This document shows positions 15,459 through 25,391 of a DNA stretch of 33,827 nt, piece by piece (the stretch's first letter is position 1; each line of letters starts with the position of its first letter). The stretch is from IMG/VR virus record IMGVR_UViG_2758568661_000004. One strand, 5' to 3'. Position numbers and translations under genes: made by a program. Under the pieces are notes generated by a model. It did no database searches and was not told where the DNA came from. It saw nothing but the letters and a program-made list of their open reading frames with translations. This DNA comes from a virus (lineage: Duplodnaviria; Heunggongvirae; Uroviricota; Caudoviricetes).

Positions 15459-18400
15459 TCAGGCTGCCGCGGCGGGCTGCTGCAAGCGTTCCTCCGCCTG
15501 CTGGTTGATGGCGGCTTCGACACGGGCGAGGTCAAGCTCGGCAGCCAACAGCTCATCCTCATGCTCGAACCCGGCGGACTCCGCTGTCGCTTCGAACGTG
15601 ACGGCCTCCTCGGAAAGACGGTCAGCTTTCGCCAAGCTCTCCGGGATGGTCTTCGCCGCGTTGACAATCCATTCGTCCACCAACGCGATGAAACGAGCGA
15701 CCAACGTTTCCGACTTCATCCGCATGTCGTTCCCGTTCAACGGGAACGAGTACACAGACCGGTAGTGCTTGCCCAGGGTGATGGTCGGCGGCTTCTGCCC
15801 GTCCCAGTTGCGGTCGATGCGCAGATCCAGTCCGCGCCACTGACCCGACGACCAGGAGTGCCCGGCCTTGATCCCGTCGATGAACGCCTCCAATGTGGCG
15901 GCGTCATCCATCGTTCCCGTTTCAGTCACGGACTCGAGGGCTTCGGTCATCTTCTCCGCGGAATGCCGCAGCTCAGATGCGCGGCGGCGGGACTCCTCAG
16001 CCTCACGGCGCAGACGGTTCGCACCCTGCCCGAACACAGCACGCATCGTCCGGAGACGGCGCACCTCCGAACCGAGCTCAGCCTGACGGAGCAGGTCGGG
16101 GTTTCCGGCAGCCAAAGCCTTCACCTCGGCGTAGTTCAGGACAGCCTCGGACACATCCTCGATCTCACGGATAGTCCCAGATGAGACGTACATCTGAGAG
16201 ATGAAACGCTGCTTACGTTCGAGGTGCTGCCAGATGAAACTCTGGAAGCTTCCCTCGGTGAGGTACCGGTAGATACCAACCGCAGTGTTCAGGTTCCCGG
16301 GACGGAGTGCCCGGCCTTCACGCTGCTCAATGTCGGACGGGCGCCACGGGGCATCCAAATGGTGCAGAGCAACAAGGCGGGTCTGGATGTTCGTGCCGAC
16401 ACCCACCTTCTCAGTGGAGCCGATGAGGACAGAAACAGCACCTTCGCGGGCAAGCGCGAACAGGTGATCACGTGCCTTGTCGGTGGACGCTTCATGGATG
16501 AACCGGATCTTCTCAGCCGGGACACCCAACTTCACCAGATGAGCGCGAAGCCGGCCGTACGTCTGCGGGTCGCCCGGGTGAGGGGTGCCGATGTCGCACA
16601 GCACCAGCTGAAGGGCGCCCGGGGTGGTTGATGAACCATAGATGCGGTCAGCGTTCTCGAAATGGATGCGTGCGATGCTCTTCGCGGCCGCCGACACCGC
16701 CGGGCTCACCTCGTTGATCCCCACCAGTGCAGGGTCCAACGACACCTTCCGGCCGTCGTTGCACACCATCAACATGTTGTCCTCAACACCGTTGACCGTC
16801 TGCTTCTGGCTGTTCCGGATGTCATCGGCACGCTGCGCGAGGGTGCGGACGAACGCCGCCTGCTGCTCGGACTGCTGGACAACAACGTTCTCCCAGGTGC
16901 CGTCCGGGCGTTCCAGCCCGATCTCATCAGCGGTCAGCAGGTCAGCGGACTCCGCCAGCATCAGACGCAGCTCGGGGACGTTCTGCATCGCGGCAGGGCG
17001 GCGGTACAGACGGAACCCGGAACCGTCCGGGGTGACCTCCACCTTCGACTCGTACCGGACGAACGTGGCCGCCCAGGAGTCGAACTGGTCCACACCCGCC
17101 TCAACGAGACGGTTCGGCTGCAGGTAACGCTGCCACACGAACGTCTCAGCGAGAGTGTTCGACCATGGGGTGCCGGTGAACAACCCGACGATGGGCTTCC
17201 CGGGGTAACGGGCTGCCAGCGTGTCAATCTTCAACAGCAGGTCGGTGGCGCGCTTCGACGAGCCGAGGGAGAACCCCTCCGCGCGGGTGTTGATCTGCAA
17301 ACGGCGGTAGTTGTGGGCTTCATCCACCATCAGGTAGTCCACACCCAGCTGCTCGAACATGACCTGGTTCGGGTCGCGGACACCGTCACGGAGCGCAGCG
17401 ATCTTCTGCTCCAGCTTGCGGACGGCGGCGGCGACCTTCTTCGCTCCGGTGCGCCCTGACGTGGTGTTCATCAGATGCCACCTGTACTCGGACTTCTGCT
17501 GCTCCAACCAGTCCTGCTCAGTGTCCGGGTTCACACCAATGGAGGTGAATGCCTGCTGGGTTATGATCACTGCATCCCAGTCACCGGTGGCGCAACGAGC
17601 GGCGAACAGACGGCGGGCGTCCTTCGTCAGGTCATCACGGGTGGCGATGAGGAACTTACCGGTCGGGTACGCCTGCTGTGCTTCACGAGCCATCTGCTCC
17701 AGCAGGTGGTTCGGGACCACAACCAACGGCTTCCGCGCCAACCCCATCCGACGCAGGGTGAGCGCACCGGTGATCATCGACTTCGACTTGCCGGAACCGA
17801 CCGGGTGTCCGATGAGGACACGGTCGTCGGAGATGAGACGGTCGACAGCGTCACGCTGCCACGACCACAGGTTGATCTTCTCGTCCAAACCGGGGAATGT
17901 CAGGTAGGAGCCGTCGCCGCGGCGGACAACATGGGAGTTGAACCGGCGGTTGTACTCAGCGCACAGCCGTGCGGAGCGCAGGTCGTCCTCCCATACCCAG
18001 ATGGCGAAACGCTCCTGGATGGTGCGCAGAGCCTCCTCAGCGGCCAGGGTTTCCACCTGGTTGCGGATCTTCACGGTGCGCCCGTCACGCCAGAACTCGT
18101 CGAACACGACCGGGGCTTTGCCGTTCAGGCCGCATGAGAGCAGCTGGATGGGGGTGAACTTGCTGGTGCCGTACGTCAACGCGGTGGCAGGGTTCGACGA
18201 GTACGAGTCCGCCTCCCATGCGCTGACCGCGGGGATGAACGTGACCGTGGAGGAGTGCTTGAACACATCCCGGACGAACTGCTCCATGTCGGTGTCCGAA
18301 ATCCATGTGGCACCCAGCTGGGCGCGGATCTCCAACGGGCCAAGGTCAGCCGGCATCACCTGGTCGAGGGCGTGCACGTTCCGCCAGAAGCCGTCATCGA

Positions 18401-20171
18401 GCTGCGCGGCGGCGTTCGCTTCGGCAAGCTTCACCCGGATGTTCCCGGACAGGTAATCGCGGGCGGTGACCGTCACACGGGTGGCGGGGTCGGTGAACAC
18501 CAGATCGCCCAGCTGGGTGATGGCATCCTCCGACGTCACACCGAGCAGTTCAGCGACCCGGGCAACATCAACACGGCCGCACTCCCCCAGCGTGATCGCC
18601 AGAGCCTCCTCAGCGCTGCCGGCGCTGGTGGCGCGGGGCGGGTGAGCGCCGACACGACGCAGCAGAATCGGTGCGGGCTTAGCCTCACCGGAATCCTGGG
18701 AGAACTGCTCCAACGCCATCACAGCGACATAGTCAGGGTCCTTACGGAACCCACCCATCGTCGGACGGCGCCACGTCCATGCAGCCTCACCGGTCTCCGG
18801 GTCAGCCTTACCTTCGACAAGCGTTCCACGGTTCAACGGGCCGTACTTCTTCACGTACCCCTCGTAGAGGGCGAGCGCGGCAGCGCGAGCCGGTGCGATC
18901 TCGGAGTCGGGTCGTTCCGGGTGTGATTCCAGGTCGATGAGTTCGACAGCGGCGTCACGGAGTGGGATGAGGGAGCGGAGCTCTGCGTTGTTCCGGGCTT
19001 CGACGAGGCGTCCACCCTGCACCTGCATGATGGTGGTGCCGACCAGATGGTAGGAGCCTTCCTTGTGCCCGAGTTCATCCTCGAGGACGACGTCGTCGAA
19101 GTTGTCAACGACTGTGGTGGCGGACGGGATGATGAGCTGCGCGGCGGCTGCGGTGGCGCGACGGATGTCGGAGACCTTCGCGGATGATTCCACCTTCAGC
19201 GGAACGCGGCTGTACCCGGAAGCGATCGGGGTTCCTGCGATGCAGTCGGTGTGGTCGGCGAAGTACCCGGAGATGTCTACATGGTGGTCGCCGGTTACGA
19301 CTCGGTGCTTGCGGACGGTGGCGGTCTTCCGGCCACGCCCGTACCAGCTGTCGTCGGTGACCCAGTCGACGGTTGGAACCCAGCCGATGCCGTGGTCACC
19401 GGTCATCGGCTTCCGGAACGCGAGGATGTCGGCGACCACGCCGGTGCCTTCGAAGCTGTCGTTGGGGAGGCGGATGGCGGCGATCAGGTCGCCCTTCTCC
19501 GAGATGGCGGTCAGGCCACGGTCGCCGTCGAGGATGTGGCGGCTGGTGACGATGACGACGTACCCGCCGGGCTTGACAGCGTCGAGGGCGCGGAGGATAA
19601 AGTACTCATGCAGGGAGTGGTAGTTCTGGAACTCGGGGTCGTACACGGTGGTTTCTGAGAACGGGACGTTCCCGACGACCGCGTCGAAACCGCCGGTCTT
19701 GAATGCGACCTTCTCGAGCGGCTTGTTGAGGATCTGAGCACCCGGGTGGAGGGCGCGAGCGAAACGGGCGGCGGTCGGGTCGATCTCCACACCGGTCCAC
19801 TGGATGTCCATGTCGGCGGGTGCCAAGGACATGAAGTTGCCGGAGCCGCAGCCGGGTTCGAGGATGCGGCCGCCGGTGAAACCGGCAGCACGGAGGAGGG
19901 TGAACACGGATTCGGCGACAGCCCAGCCGGTGTAGAAGCTGGTGTCGATGACGTCACGGGCGACGTTCAGGTCAGCTTCGGGGATGAGTCCGGTGAGACG
20001 GTCAGCGATTCCAGCCCATCCGCCTTCCGGCTGCGCTGCGAATGCGGGGGTCAGCGGACCCCATCCGGGCCAGGTGGCGAGGGTGGCGCGCTGCTCCTCG
20101 GTGGGTTCTCCGATGATGGAGGTGAGGGTGGTCAGCGCGTCCAGCGCGCGGTTGGCGATCTGCATGCTCAT
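15459..20171 (-). CDS. N6-adenine DNA methyltransferase / SNF2-type (SF2) helicase fusion (P1 DarB-like architecture)
   Basis: MTase motif I LEPGCGSGNF and motif IV GNVPF; helicase GHPVGSGKS, VDEAH, TGTP, QREGRALRPGN; 1570 aa. Confidence 0.88.
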   Translation of the reverse strand: MSMQIANRALDALTTLTSIIGEPTEEQRATLATWPGWGPLTPAFAAQPEGGWAGIADRLTGLIPEADLNVARDVIDTSFYTGWAVAESVFTLLRAAGFTGGRILEPGCGSGNFMSLAPADMDIQWTGVEIDPTAARFARALHPGAQILNKPLEKVAFKTGGFDAVVGNVPFSETTVYDPEFQNYHSLHEYFILRALDAVKPGGYVVIVTSRHILDGDRGLTAISEKGDLIAAIRLPNDSFEGTGVVADILAFRKPMTGDHGIGWVPTVDWVTDDSWYGRGRKTATVRKHRVVTGDHHVDISGYFADHTDCIAGTPIASGYSRVPLKVESSAKVSDIRRATAAAAQLIIPSATTVVDNFDDVVLEDELGHKEGSYHLVGTTIMQVQGGRLVEARNNAELRSLIPLRDAAVELIDLESHPERPDSEIAPARAAALALYEGYVKKYGPLNRGTLVEGKADPETGEAAWTWRRPTMGGFRKDPDYVAVMALEQFSQDSGEAKPAPILLRRVGAHPPRATSAGSAEEALAITLGECGRVDVARVAELLGVTSEDAITQLGDLVFTDPATRVTVTARDYLSGNIRVKLAEANAAAQLDDGFWRNVHALDQVMPADLGPLEIRAQLGATWISDTDMEQFVRDVFKHSSTVTFIPAVSAWEADSYSSNPATALTYGTSKFTPIQLLSCGLNGKAPVVFDEFWRDGRTVKIRNQVETLAAEEALRTIQERFAIWVWEDDLRSARLCAEYNRRFNSHVVRRGDGSYLTFPGLDEKINLWSWQRDAVDRLISDDRVLIGHPVGSGKSKSMITGALTLRRMGLARKPLVVVPNHLLEQMAREAQQAYPTGKFLIATRDDLTKDARRLFAARCATGDWDAVIITQQAFTSIGVNPDTEQDWLEQQKSEYRWHLMNTTSGRTGAKKVAAAVRKLEQKIAALRDGVRDPNQVMFEQLGVDYLMVDEAHNYRRLQINTRAEGFSLGSSKRATDLLLKIDTLAARYPGKPIVGLFTGTPWSNTLAETFVWQRYLQPNRLVEAGVDQFDSWAATFVRYESKVEVTPDGSGFRLYRRPAAMQNVPELRLMLAESADLLTADEIGLERPDGTWENVVVQQSEQQAAFVRTLAQRADDIRNSQKQTVNGVEDNMLMVCNDGRKVSLDPALVGINEVSPAVSAAAKSIARIHFENADRIYGSSTTPGALQLVLCDIGTPHPGDPQTYGRLRAHLVKLGVPAEKIRFIHEASTDKARDHLFALAREGAVSVLIGSTEKVGVGTNIQTRLVALHHLDAPWRPSDIEQREGRALRPGNLNTAVGIYRYLTEGSFQSFIWQHLERKQRFISQMYVSSGTIREIEDVSEAVLNYAEVKALAAGNPDLLRQAELGSEVRRLRTMRAVFGQGANRLRREAEESRRRASELRHSAEKMTEALESVTETGTMDDAATLEAFIDGIKAGHSWSSGQWRGLDLRIDRNWDGQKPPTITLGKHYRSVYSFPLNGNDMRMKSETLVARFIALVDEWIVNAAKTIPESLAKADRLSEEAVTFEATAESAGFEHEDELLAAELDLARVEAAINQQAEERLQQPAAAA

Positions 20172-20229
20172 CGTGGCGTCGTCTCTCAGTTTCGTATGGC
20201 CGCACGGGTGCGGCGAGTGTCACTGAGGT

Positions 20230-20240
20230 CATGCGCAGGA
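20230..20240 (-). promoter_or_regulatory. Class I motif TCCTGCGCATG
   Basis: TCCTGCGCATG-ACCTCAGT-G..., 50-nt leader to the ATG at 20171. Confidence 0.75.
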
Positions 20241-20309
20241 TCGACGGAACGCCTCGGCGAACGGCGTGTTCAGCGAGGCGTTCCTGTCGGGTTTGCGCTA
20301 GCCGCGGGC

Positions 20310-22130
20310 CTACAGTGCTGGCGCCTTGAACGTTGGCGTGATTGCGCCTTGGGAAGCGGGGTTGTATCCACCGATGGGGTTGCCTGCGGAGCCGACCGCG
20401 AACGTTTGTCCGGTGCCGTCCACCCAGAACGTTCCGTATTGATTGCCGCCGGATGAGATGACGTCGGCTGCACCGACCAGCTTCTGAGGCTTCAGCCTGT
20501 TGGTGTTAGACCCGTCTCCTAGCTGGTAGCTGCTGTTCGACCCCCACACCCACAGGTCGTGGTTCTCATCGATAGCTGTACCCGAGCTCACCCCGAGCGT
20601 GACGCTCACGAACTTGAGGCCGGCGGGAACGTTCGTCCTGTCCAGTGCCACCGGGGCGTTCCGGTTGGTAACGCTCCCGTCTCCGAGGATGCCGCTGCCG
20701 TTCGTGCCCCATGCCCAACCGCCGGTGGGTGTGATTGCGACCACTGCGGAGGTCTTCGAAGAGATGTCGATCACGCCGGACACGGGGGCGACCTTCGTCG
20801 GGTTCACGAACGTGCCGCTGCTGGAAGCCTGTCCCTGGGCGACGCCCCAGCCCCACGTCCACACTTCACCATCAGTGGTGAGCGCTGCACCCGTGGTTCC
20901 ACTGGCTGTGATCTTCACCCATGTCTTCCCCTGGGTGTTGAGTTCGGATGGGGTGAGGACCGGGGTGACGGAGCTGCCGTTTCCGAGCGCTCCGGTTGCT
21001 GCGTTCCCCCAACCCCACACCTTCCCGGCTGTGTCGAAAGCCCATGTTCGGTTGTCGCCGGCGAACACCTTGGTGAACTTCTGCCCGACGAGCACTTTCG
21101 TGGGTGTCTGCTTCGCTACGGTGTCACCTGTTCCGAGTTGTCCGTTGCTGTTCGCACCCCACGCCCAGAGTTGTCCGTCACCGTCAAGGGCGACGGTGTG
21201 GTCGAGTCCTGCGGCGACGGACGCGATTGTGACCCCGGCGGGGAATGTGAGAGCTGCTGCGGGACCGGTGGTCAGCGGTCCCCGGCCGAGAGCTCCGGCT
21301 GCCCCGGTGCCCCAGGTCCATACAGACCCGTTCCTGTCGAGTTCAACGCCGATACCTGTGGCTGAGGCGAACATGGGCATCCCGTACACCTTGATGGTGA
21401 CGTTCATGGTGGTGGTGCCTGTGGTGTTCGCGGCTGTGATTGTGAAATCGAACTTGCCAGCTGCGGTTGGGGTTCCGGTGACCGCCCCGGTGGTCGAGTT
21501 GATGGTGAACCATGAGGGCGCGCCGACGGCGGCGTATGTGATGGCTTTCGGGTAGCCGGTCGCTTTCACCGTGTTCGAGTATGAGACGCCAACGGTTCCG
21601 TCAGCCCACGTGACGGCGTTGAACTCCGGTGCTTTCGGTTCGGGCTGGCCCCTTAGGTCTTCTACGATTTTCGCCAGAGGGTCCAGGGTGGCGCACCAGC
21701 TGGTGCGGTCCACATCTTCTTGAGAGTCTTCGAACTTGTAGGTGGTCTTGGATTTGGCAGTGGTGTACCACGCGTCACCACTGCCGGACAAGGACGCTGC
21801 GATCCAGCAGGTTCCGGCTGTACCGTCAGTGAATACGGCGACTTTCGCTTTGGGTGGCGCTTCCGGGAGAAGCCCGAAGCTGATGAGTCCGGCGTAGTCG
21901 GTGTACTTCCCGGGGCCGGCGGGCGGTGCGAGGAGCCGTCCTGCTGTTTCAGCGTCGTGGATGGCTGCAAGATCCTGTTTCGCGGCTTCGTTCTGTGTCC
22001 ATGGGATGACCGCGAACACGGTGGTGCTGAGCGCTCCTGCGATGACTCCGATGATGATGACGCCGACCATGATGGATACGAGGTCGATGGCTGCGCGTGA
22101 GTTTCTGAGCAGGTGGAGCAGGCGGTACAA
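20310..22130 (-). CDS. Pilin-like N-terminus + putative Ig domain + RCC1-repeat protein
   Basis: NSRAAIDLVSIMVGVIIIGVIAG...VIPWTQNEAAKQDL pilin-like helix; Ig-like TGAVTGTPTAAGKFDFTITA; repeated WGxNxxGQLG; TTG start with RBS AAAGG. Confidence 0.8.
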   Translation of the reverse strand: MYRLLHLLRNSRAAIDLVSIMVGVIIIGVIAGALSTTVFAVIPWTQNEAAKQDLAAIHDAETAGRLLAPPAGPGKYTDYAGLISFGLLPEAPPKAKVAVFTDGTAGTCWIAASLSGSGDAWYTTAKSKTTYKFEDSQEDVDRTSWCATLDPLAKIVEDLRGQPEPKAPEFNAVTWADGTVGVSYSNTVKATGYPKAITYAAVGAPSWFTINSTTGAVTGTPTAAGKFDFTITAANTTGTTTMNVTIKVYGMPMFASATGIGVELDRNGSVWTWGTGAAGALGRGPLTTGPAAALTFPAGVTIASVAAGLDHTVALDGDGQLWAWGANSNGQLGTGDTVAKQTPTKVLVGQKFTKVFAGDNRTWAFDTAGKVWGWGNAATGALGNGSSVTPVLTPSELNTQGKTWVKITASGTTGAALTTDGEVWTWGWGVAQGQASSSGTFVNPTKVAPVSGVIDISSKTSAVVAITPTGGWAWGTNGSGILGDGSVTNRNAPVALDRTNVPAGLKFVSVTLGVSSGTAIDENHDLWVWGSNSSYQLGDGSNTNRLKPQKLVGAADVISSGGNQYGTFWVDGTGQTFAVGSAGNPIGGYNPASQGAITPTFKAPAL

Positions 22131-22169
22131 GGGTGATGCCTTTCAGGTGGTTCTCGGCTTACGTACAGG

Positions 22170-22179
22170 TATGCGGCGA
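22170..22179 (-). promoter_or_regulatory. Class II motif TCGCCGCATA
   Basis: TCGCCGCATA-CCTGTACG upstream of the TTG at 22130. Confidence 0.55.
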
Positions 22180-22198
22180 AAATCCTGATGAAAATGCA

Positions 22199-22231
22199 AA
22201 GAAGCCCCACCGGTTCACGGCAGGGCTTCTT
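22199..22231 (-). terminator. Intrinsic terminator
   Basis: AAGAAGCCC...GGGCTTCTT followed on the minus strand by TGCATTTT. Confidence 0.7.
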
Positions 22232-22254
22232 GAAGGTTGGTGGGCGGTGTTCCC

Positions 22255-22602
22255 TTAGCGGGACGGGATCCAATCCGTCAGCGGGTCGCCGGACTCACCG
22301 CAGGTGCGGAGGACAAGGCCGGTGTCGGTCGGTGAAGCTGCGACGATTGCGCGTGCGGCGTCCTCATCCTCGGCCGGCTCGTAAGCCTGCTCCGTGGAGG
22401 ACACTTCGTACACGGTGCCCCACTGGATGAAGGTGACCTCACCGGTGAGGAGGTCAGCGACATCCAGCCATCCTTCCGAGGTGCGAACCTCGGGGACTTC
22501 CCGCTCGACGGTGCGGTGGTACGTGAGGGCGTACAGGGTGCGGTCGATGCGGGCGTTCGCAGCTGCGAGAGCGTATTCAAGTTCGGCGATGCGGTCGGAC
22601 AT
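22255..22602 (-). CDS. Hypothetical protein (115 aa)
   Basis: RBS AAAGGA; class I motif upstream; terminator downstream. Confidence 0.75.
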   Translation of the reverse strand: MSDRIAELEYALAAANARIDRTLYALTYHRTVEREVPEVRTSEGWLDVADLLTGEVTFIQWGTVYEVSSTEQAYEPAEDEDAARAIVAASPTDTGLVLRTCGESGDPLTDWIPSR

Positions 22603-22653
22603 GTGGCAATCCTTTCAGATGGGTGCCGCACGATGCGGCTTCTTCACCAGCCT

Positions 22654-22681
22654 CATGCGCAGGATGTGACCCTGCCGCATG
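22654..22681. promoter_or_regulatory. Back-to-back divergent motif pair: class I (-, 22654-22664) and class II (+, 22672-22681)
   Basis: catgcgcagga-tgtgacc-ctgccgcatg between the divergent genes 22602(-) and 22692(+). Confidence 0.75.
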
Positions 22682-22691
22682 TCTACCCGGT

Positions 22692-23327
22692 ATGTACTCC
22701 CGCACCACCTGGCTTCACTCCCCCGACCGTTCCCTGATTGTTGAGGCGGCAGCAGGCCGAAACATCATCTGGGATTTCGACGGAACCATCGCTGACACTG
22801 AGCAGCTGCATGAGCAGTCTTTCCGTGATGTCCTCGCCGAGCATGGCACTGTCGCGCCGGACGGGTTCTTCGAGGAGGCGTTCGGTGTTGCTGAGGAGTC
22901 CATCTGGGCGTTGCTTCGCGACGACCATGGGGCACCGATCCGATCTGTCACAGAGACGGTGGAGCGCCGGCAGGTGCTGTACCTCCGGGCAGCGGAGTCG
23001 CACATCCGGGCGGGATGGCTTGCAGATGACCTTGTCAGTGAGTTCGCCCGCGTCGGCGCCACCCAGCATGTCCTGTCCAACGGGCAAGCCCGCACCAACG
23101 AGAAGCTCATCCAACTGTTCGGGTACCACCACGCCCTCCGTGTCGTGAACCGTGGCACCCTCGACAAGGCGGTGTTCTTCGACGAGCTCGACCCGGCTGT
23201 GGTCATCGACGACCGTCAACATTATTTGGACTTGGGGCGTGGACTTGGCGCGGTCACTCTCGGTGTCCTGAACAGTCGCAGCTCCCAGCCGTTGGAAGCT
23301 GACGCTGTGGTGTCCATCGCAGCGTAG
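22692..23327 (+). CDS. HAD-superfamily hydrolase/phosphatase
   Basis: Motif I WDFDGT, cap region, LSN, C-terminal VIDD; ATG at 22692 is 10 nt after the class II motif. Confidence 0.8.
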   Translation: MYSRTTWLHSPDRSLIVEAAAGRNIIWDFDGTIADTEQLHEQSFRDVLAEHGTVAPDGFFEEAFGVAEESIWALLRDDHGAPIRSVTETVERRQVLYLRAAESHIRAGWLADDLVSEFARVGATQHVLSNGQARTNEKLIQLFGYHHALRVVNRGTLDKAVFFDELDPAVVIDDRQHYLDLGRGLGAVTLGVLNSRSSQPLEADAVVSIAA

Positions 23328-23337
23328 GGAAAGAGCA

Positions 23338-23369
23338 ACGCCCCGCCAACCGGAAGGTCAGCGGGGCGT
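23338..23369. terminator. Terminator between convergent genes
   Basis: ACGCCCCGC...GCGGGGCGT between the stops at 23327(+) and 23388(-). Confidence 0.7.
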
Positions 23370-23387
23370 CAGCCTGCGCGCGTGCGG

Positions 23388-25262
23388 CTACTCGGCGTTC
23401 ACCTTGCGGCGGCGAACCACCGTCAGCACCATGCCGGCGAGCATGAGCACAGCTGCGAACATGGCGAACGGTGCGCTCTCGAAACCGAGGGCCGGGATGA
23501 CCGGGTTTCCGTCAGCGGGGATGGCCGGGTTTCTGTCAGCCGGGATGGTCAACGATGCGACCGTCACCTCGTTTCCGTTCTCGTCGACATACACGATGTG
23601 GTGGTCACCGGCAGGAGCGGATGCGGGAATCCGCACCGTCACGTCGATGACACCGTTCTCGTCAGCGGTGAACTCGCCGAGGTCGATCGGGTCGGAGTGT
23701 AGGACCATGTGGATCACAGTGTAGGGAAATAGGCCGATGAGTCGGATCCGGATCGAGATGGAGCCGTCATCGTTCACTGAGTATTCTTCGACCGGGTACA
23801 TGACCGCACCGGTGAGTTGGACTTCGTCGTAGCCGTTGCCGTTCTGAGCGACGATGAAGGCGGTGAACACCTGACCCTTCTTGGTCGGGGTGCCGGAGAT
23901 GATGCCGGTGGTGGCGTTAAACGTGACCCCGTCCGGCAGGCCGCCGCCGGAGATCTTCCAGTTAACCTGCTGGTCGGCGGTCAGCTGGAACGAGAACGCC
24001 TTGCCTTCAAGGAGCTCGGGGAGCGCACCGCTGGTGATGCGGGGGCCGGCGGCGGCGACCGAACCGGTGAACGTCACCGTGTCGATGCCGTTGGCGTTCT
24101 CAGCGGACACCGAGAACGTGTAGCTCTCCACCGCGGTCGGAGTGCCGGAGAGGACACCAGTGTTGTAGTTGAAGTGCAGACCGATGGGCAGAACGCCGGC
24201 GGAGTGCGACCATTCGACATCCTGGTCGGCAGCGAACGTGTACGTGAATGCCTTGCCGACCTTGAAGTCGAAGTGGGTGGCGGTGGACGTGATGGTGGGT
24301 GCAGCCTCACCGGATGCGACCGTGCCGTTGAACGACTTGATGTTCTGACCGAAGCCATCGACAACCTTGACGGCGAACACGAAGTCGCCGGACTTCGTGG
24401 GGGTGCCGGTGAGAGCGCCGGTTGCCGAGTTCAGGTGGACACCGGCGGGCAGGCTGCCTTCGATGACCGACCAACGGAAGTCACCGGTGCGGTCGGTGCC
24501 GAACGTGAAGTTGACGGACTCGCCGGCGGTGAACGACGGAAGTTGGGTGGTGGTGATTGCCGGGGCGGCGGGGTTCACGTGGATGGTGAACGTGTGGGGG
24601 CTGCGGCTGACTTCGTCCGGTCCGATCGCCACCAGGGTGAACGTGTAGTCACCCGCCCTGGTCGGGGTGCCGTGGATGGAACTCCGCTCAACATCGAGGG
24701 TGAAGCCGGGCGGGAAGTCGAAACCACCGTTGATCGGGTCGATCGACATGGCACCGCCCCATTGCGTCGCTTCGAGCTGGAAGTTGTACGGGGAGCCGAC
24801 GGTTCCGGACGGTGCCGTGAGGGAGATCCACACCGGGTGGTAGTCGGGTGGAACGACCTTGGTGATGGTGCCGGTGAACGTCTGGTCGGACGTCCCCTCA
24901 GCACCGTCGGAGGCGGTGACTGTGAACGCGTACGCGCCGGGGGCGTCGGCGACGGTTCCGGTGAGGTGACCGGTGCCGTCGACGTTCAGGCCGAGATCTT
25001 CGACGCTCGCGTCAGCAGCCGCATAGGAGACAGCGTTCATCGCCATCAGCTGCACGTCAACACTGTCGCCGACTGTCAGGTCTCCGACAGCGTCAGGCTG
25101 GGACATCCACATGATGCCGGTGCCGCCGCCGGGGCCGCCGCCGGGGCCGCCGGGGATGTCACCGGGGCCGTAAGCCATCGCGGGTGTGGCCGCGAACATG
25201 GTTGTCGCCGCTATGGCCGCGACGGTGATGGCGGCGCCTGTGCGGCGGCCGAAAGTCGTCAT
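23388..25262 (-). CDS. Putative Ig-repeat cell-surface protein with sortase-like C-terminal signal (IPALG)
   Basis: Signal peptide MTTFGRR...PAMA; repeated xLPxGxxxNxxTGxxSGTPT; VIPALG + TM + RRRK; RBS AAAGGA. Confidence 0.85.
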   Translation of the reverse strand: MTTFGRRTGAAITVAAIAATTMFAATPAMAYGPGDIPGGPGGGPGGGTGIMWMSQPDAVGDLTVGDSVDVQLMAMNAVSYAAADASVEDLGLNVDGTGHLTGTVADAPGAYAFTVTASDGAEGTSDQTFTGTITKVVPPDYHPVWISLTAPSGTVGSPYNFQLEATQWGGAMSIDPINGGFDFPPGFTLDVERSSIHGTPTRAGDYTFTLVAIGPDEVSRSPHTFTIHVNPAAPAITTTQLPSFTAGESVNFTFGTDRTGDFRWSVIEGSLPAGVHLNSATGALTGTPTKSGDFVFAVKVVDGFGQNIKSFNGTVASGEAAPTITSTATHFDFKVGKAFTYTFAADQDVEWSHSAGVLPIGLHFNYNTGVLSGTPTAVESYTFSVSAENANGIDTVTFTGSVAAAGPRITSGALPELLEGKAFSFQLTADQQVNWKISGGGLPDGVTFNATTGIISGTPTKKGQVFTAFIVAQNGNGYDEVQLTGAVMYPVEEYSVNDDGSISIRIRLIGLFPYTVIHMVLHSDPIDLGEFTADENGVIDVTVRIPASAPAGDHHIVYVDENGNEVTVASLTIPADRNPAIPADGNPVIPALGFESAPFAMFAAVLMLAGMVLTVVRRRKVNAE

Positions 25263-25335
25263 TCTCAAGAGGATCCTTTCAAGACCGGTCAAAGATGTTG
25301 CCGGCGCATGGGTGGATGCTCCTGGCACCCGGAAA

Positions 25336-25362
25336 GCCCCGCCAGCGTGATGCTGACGGGGC
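25336..25362 (-). terminator. Intrinsic terminator-like hairpin between the two Ig genes
   Basis: Minus strand GCCCCGTCAGC-ATCAC-GCTGGCGGGGC-TTTC. Confidence 0.65.
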
Positions 25363-25391
25363 GTCCCATTGATGCTGCTTAGGTGTGCGGC

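Noticed and set aside
25128-25170. GCCGCCGGGGCC short tandem repeat
   Set aside because: It encodes the GPGDIPGGPGGGPGGG linker of the Ig protein and is ordinary low-complexity coding sequence.
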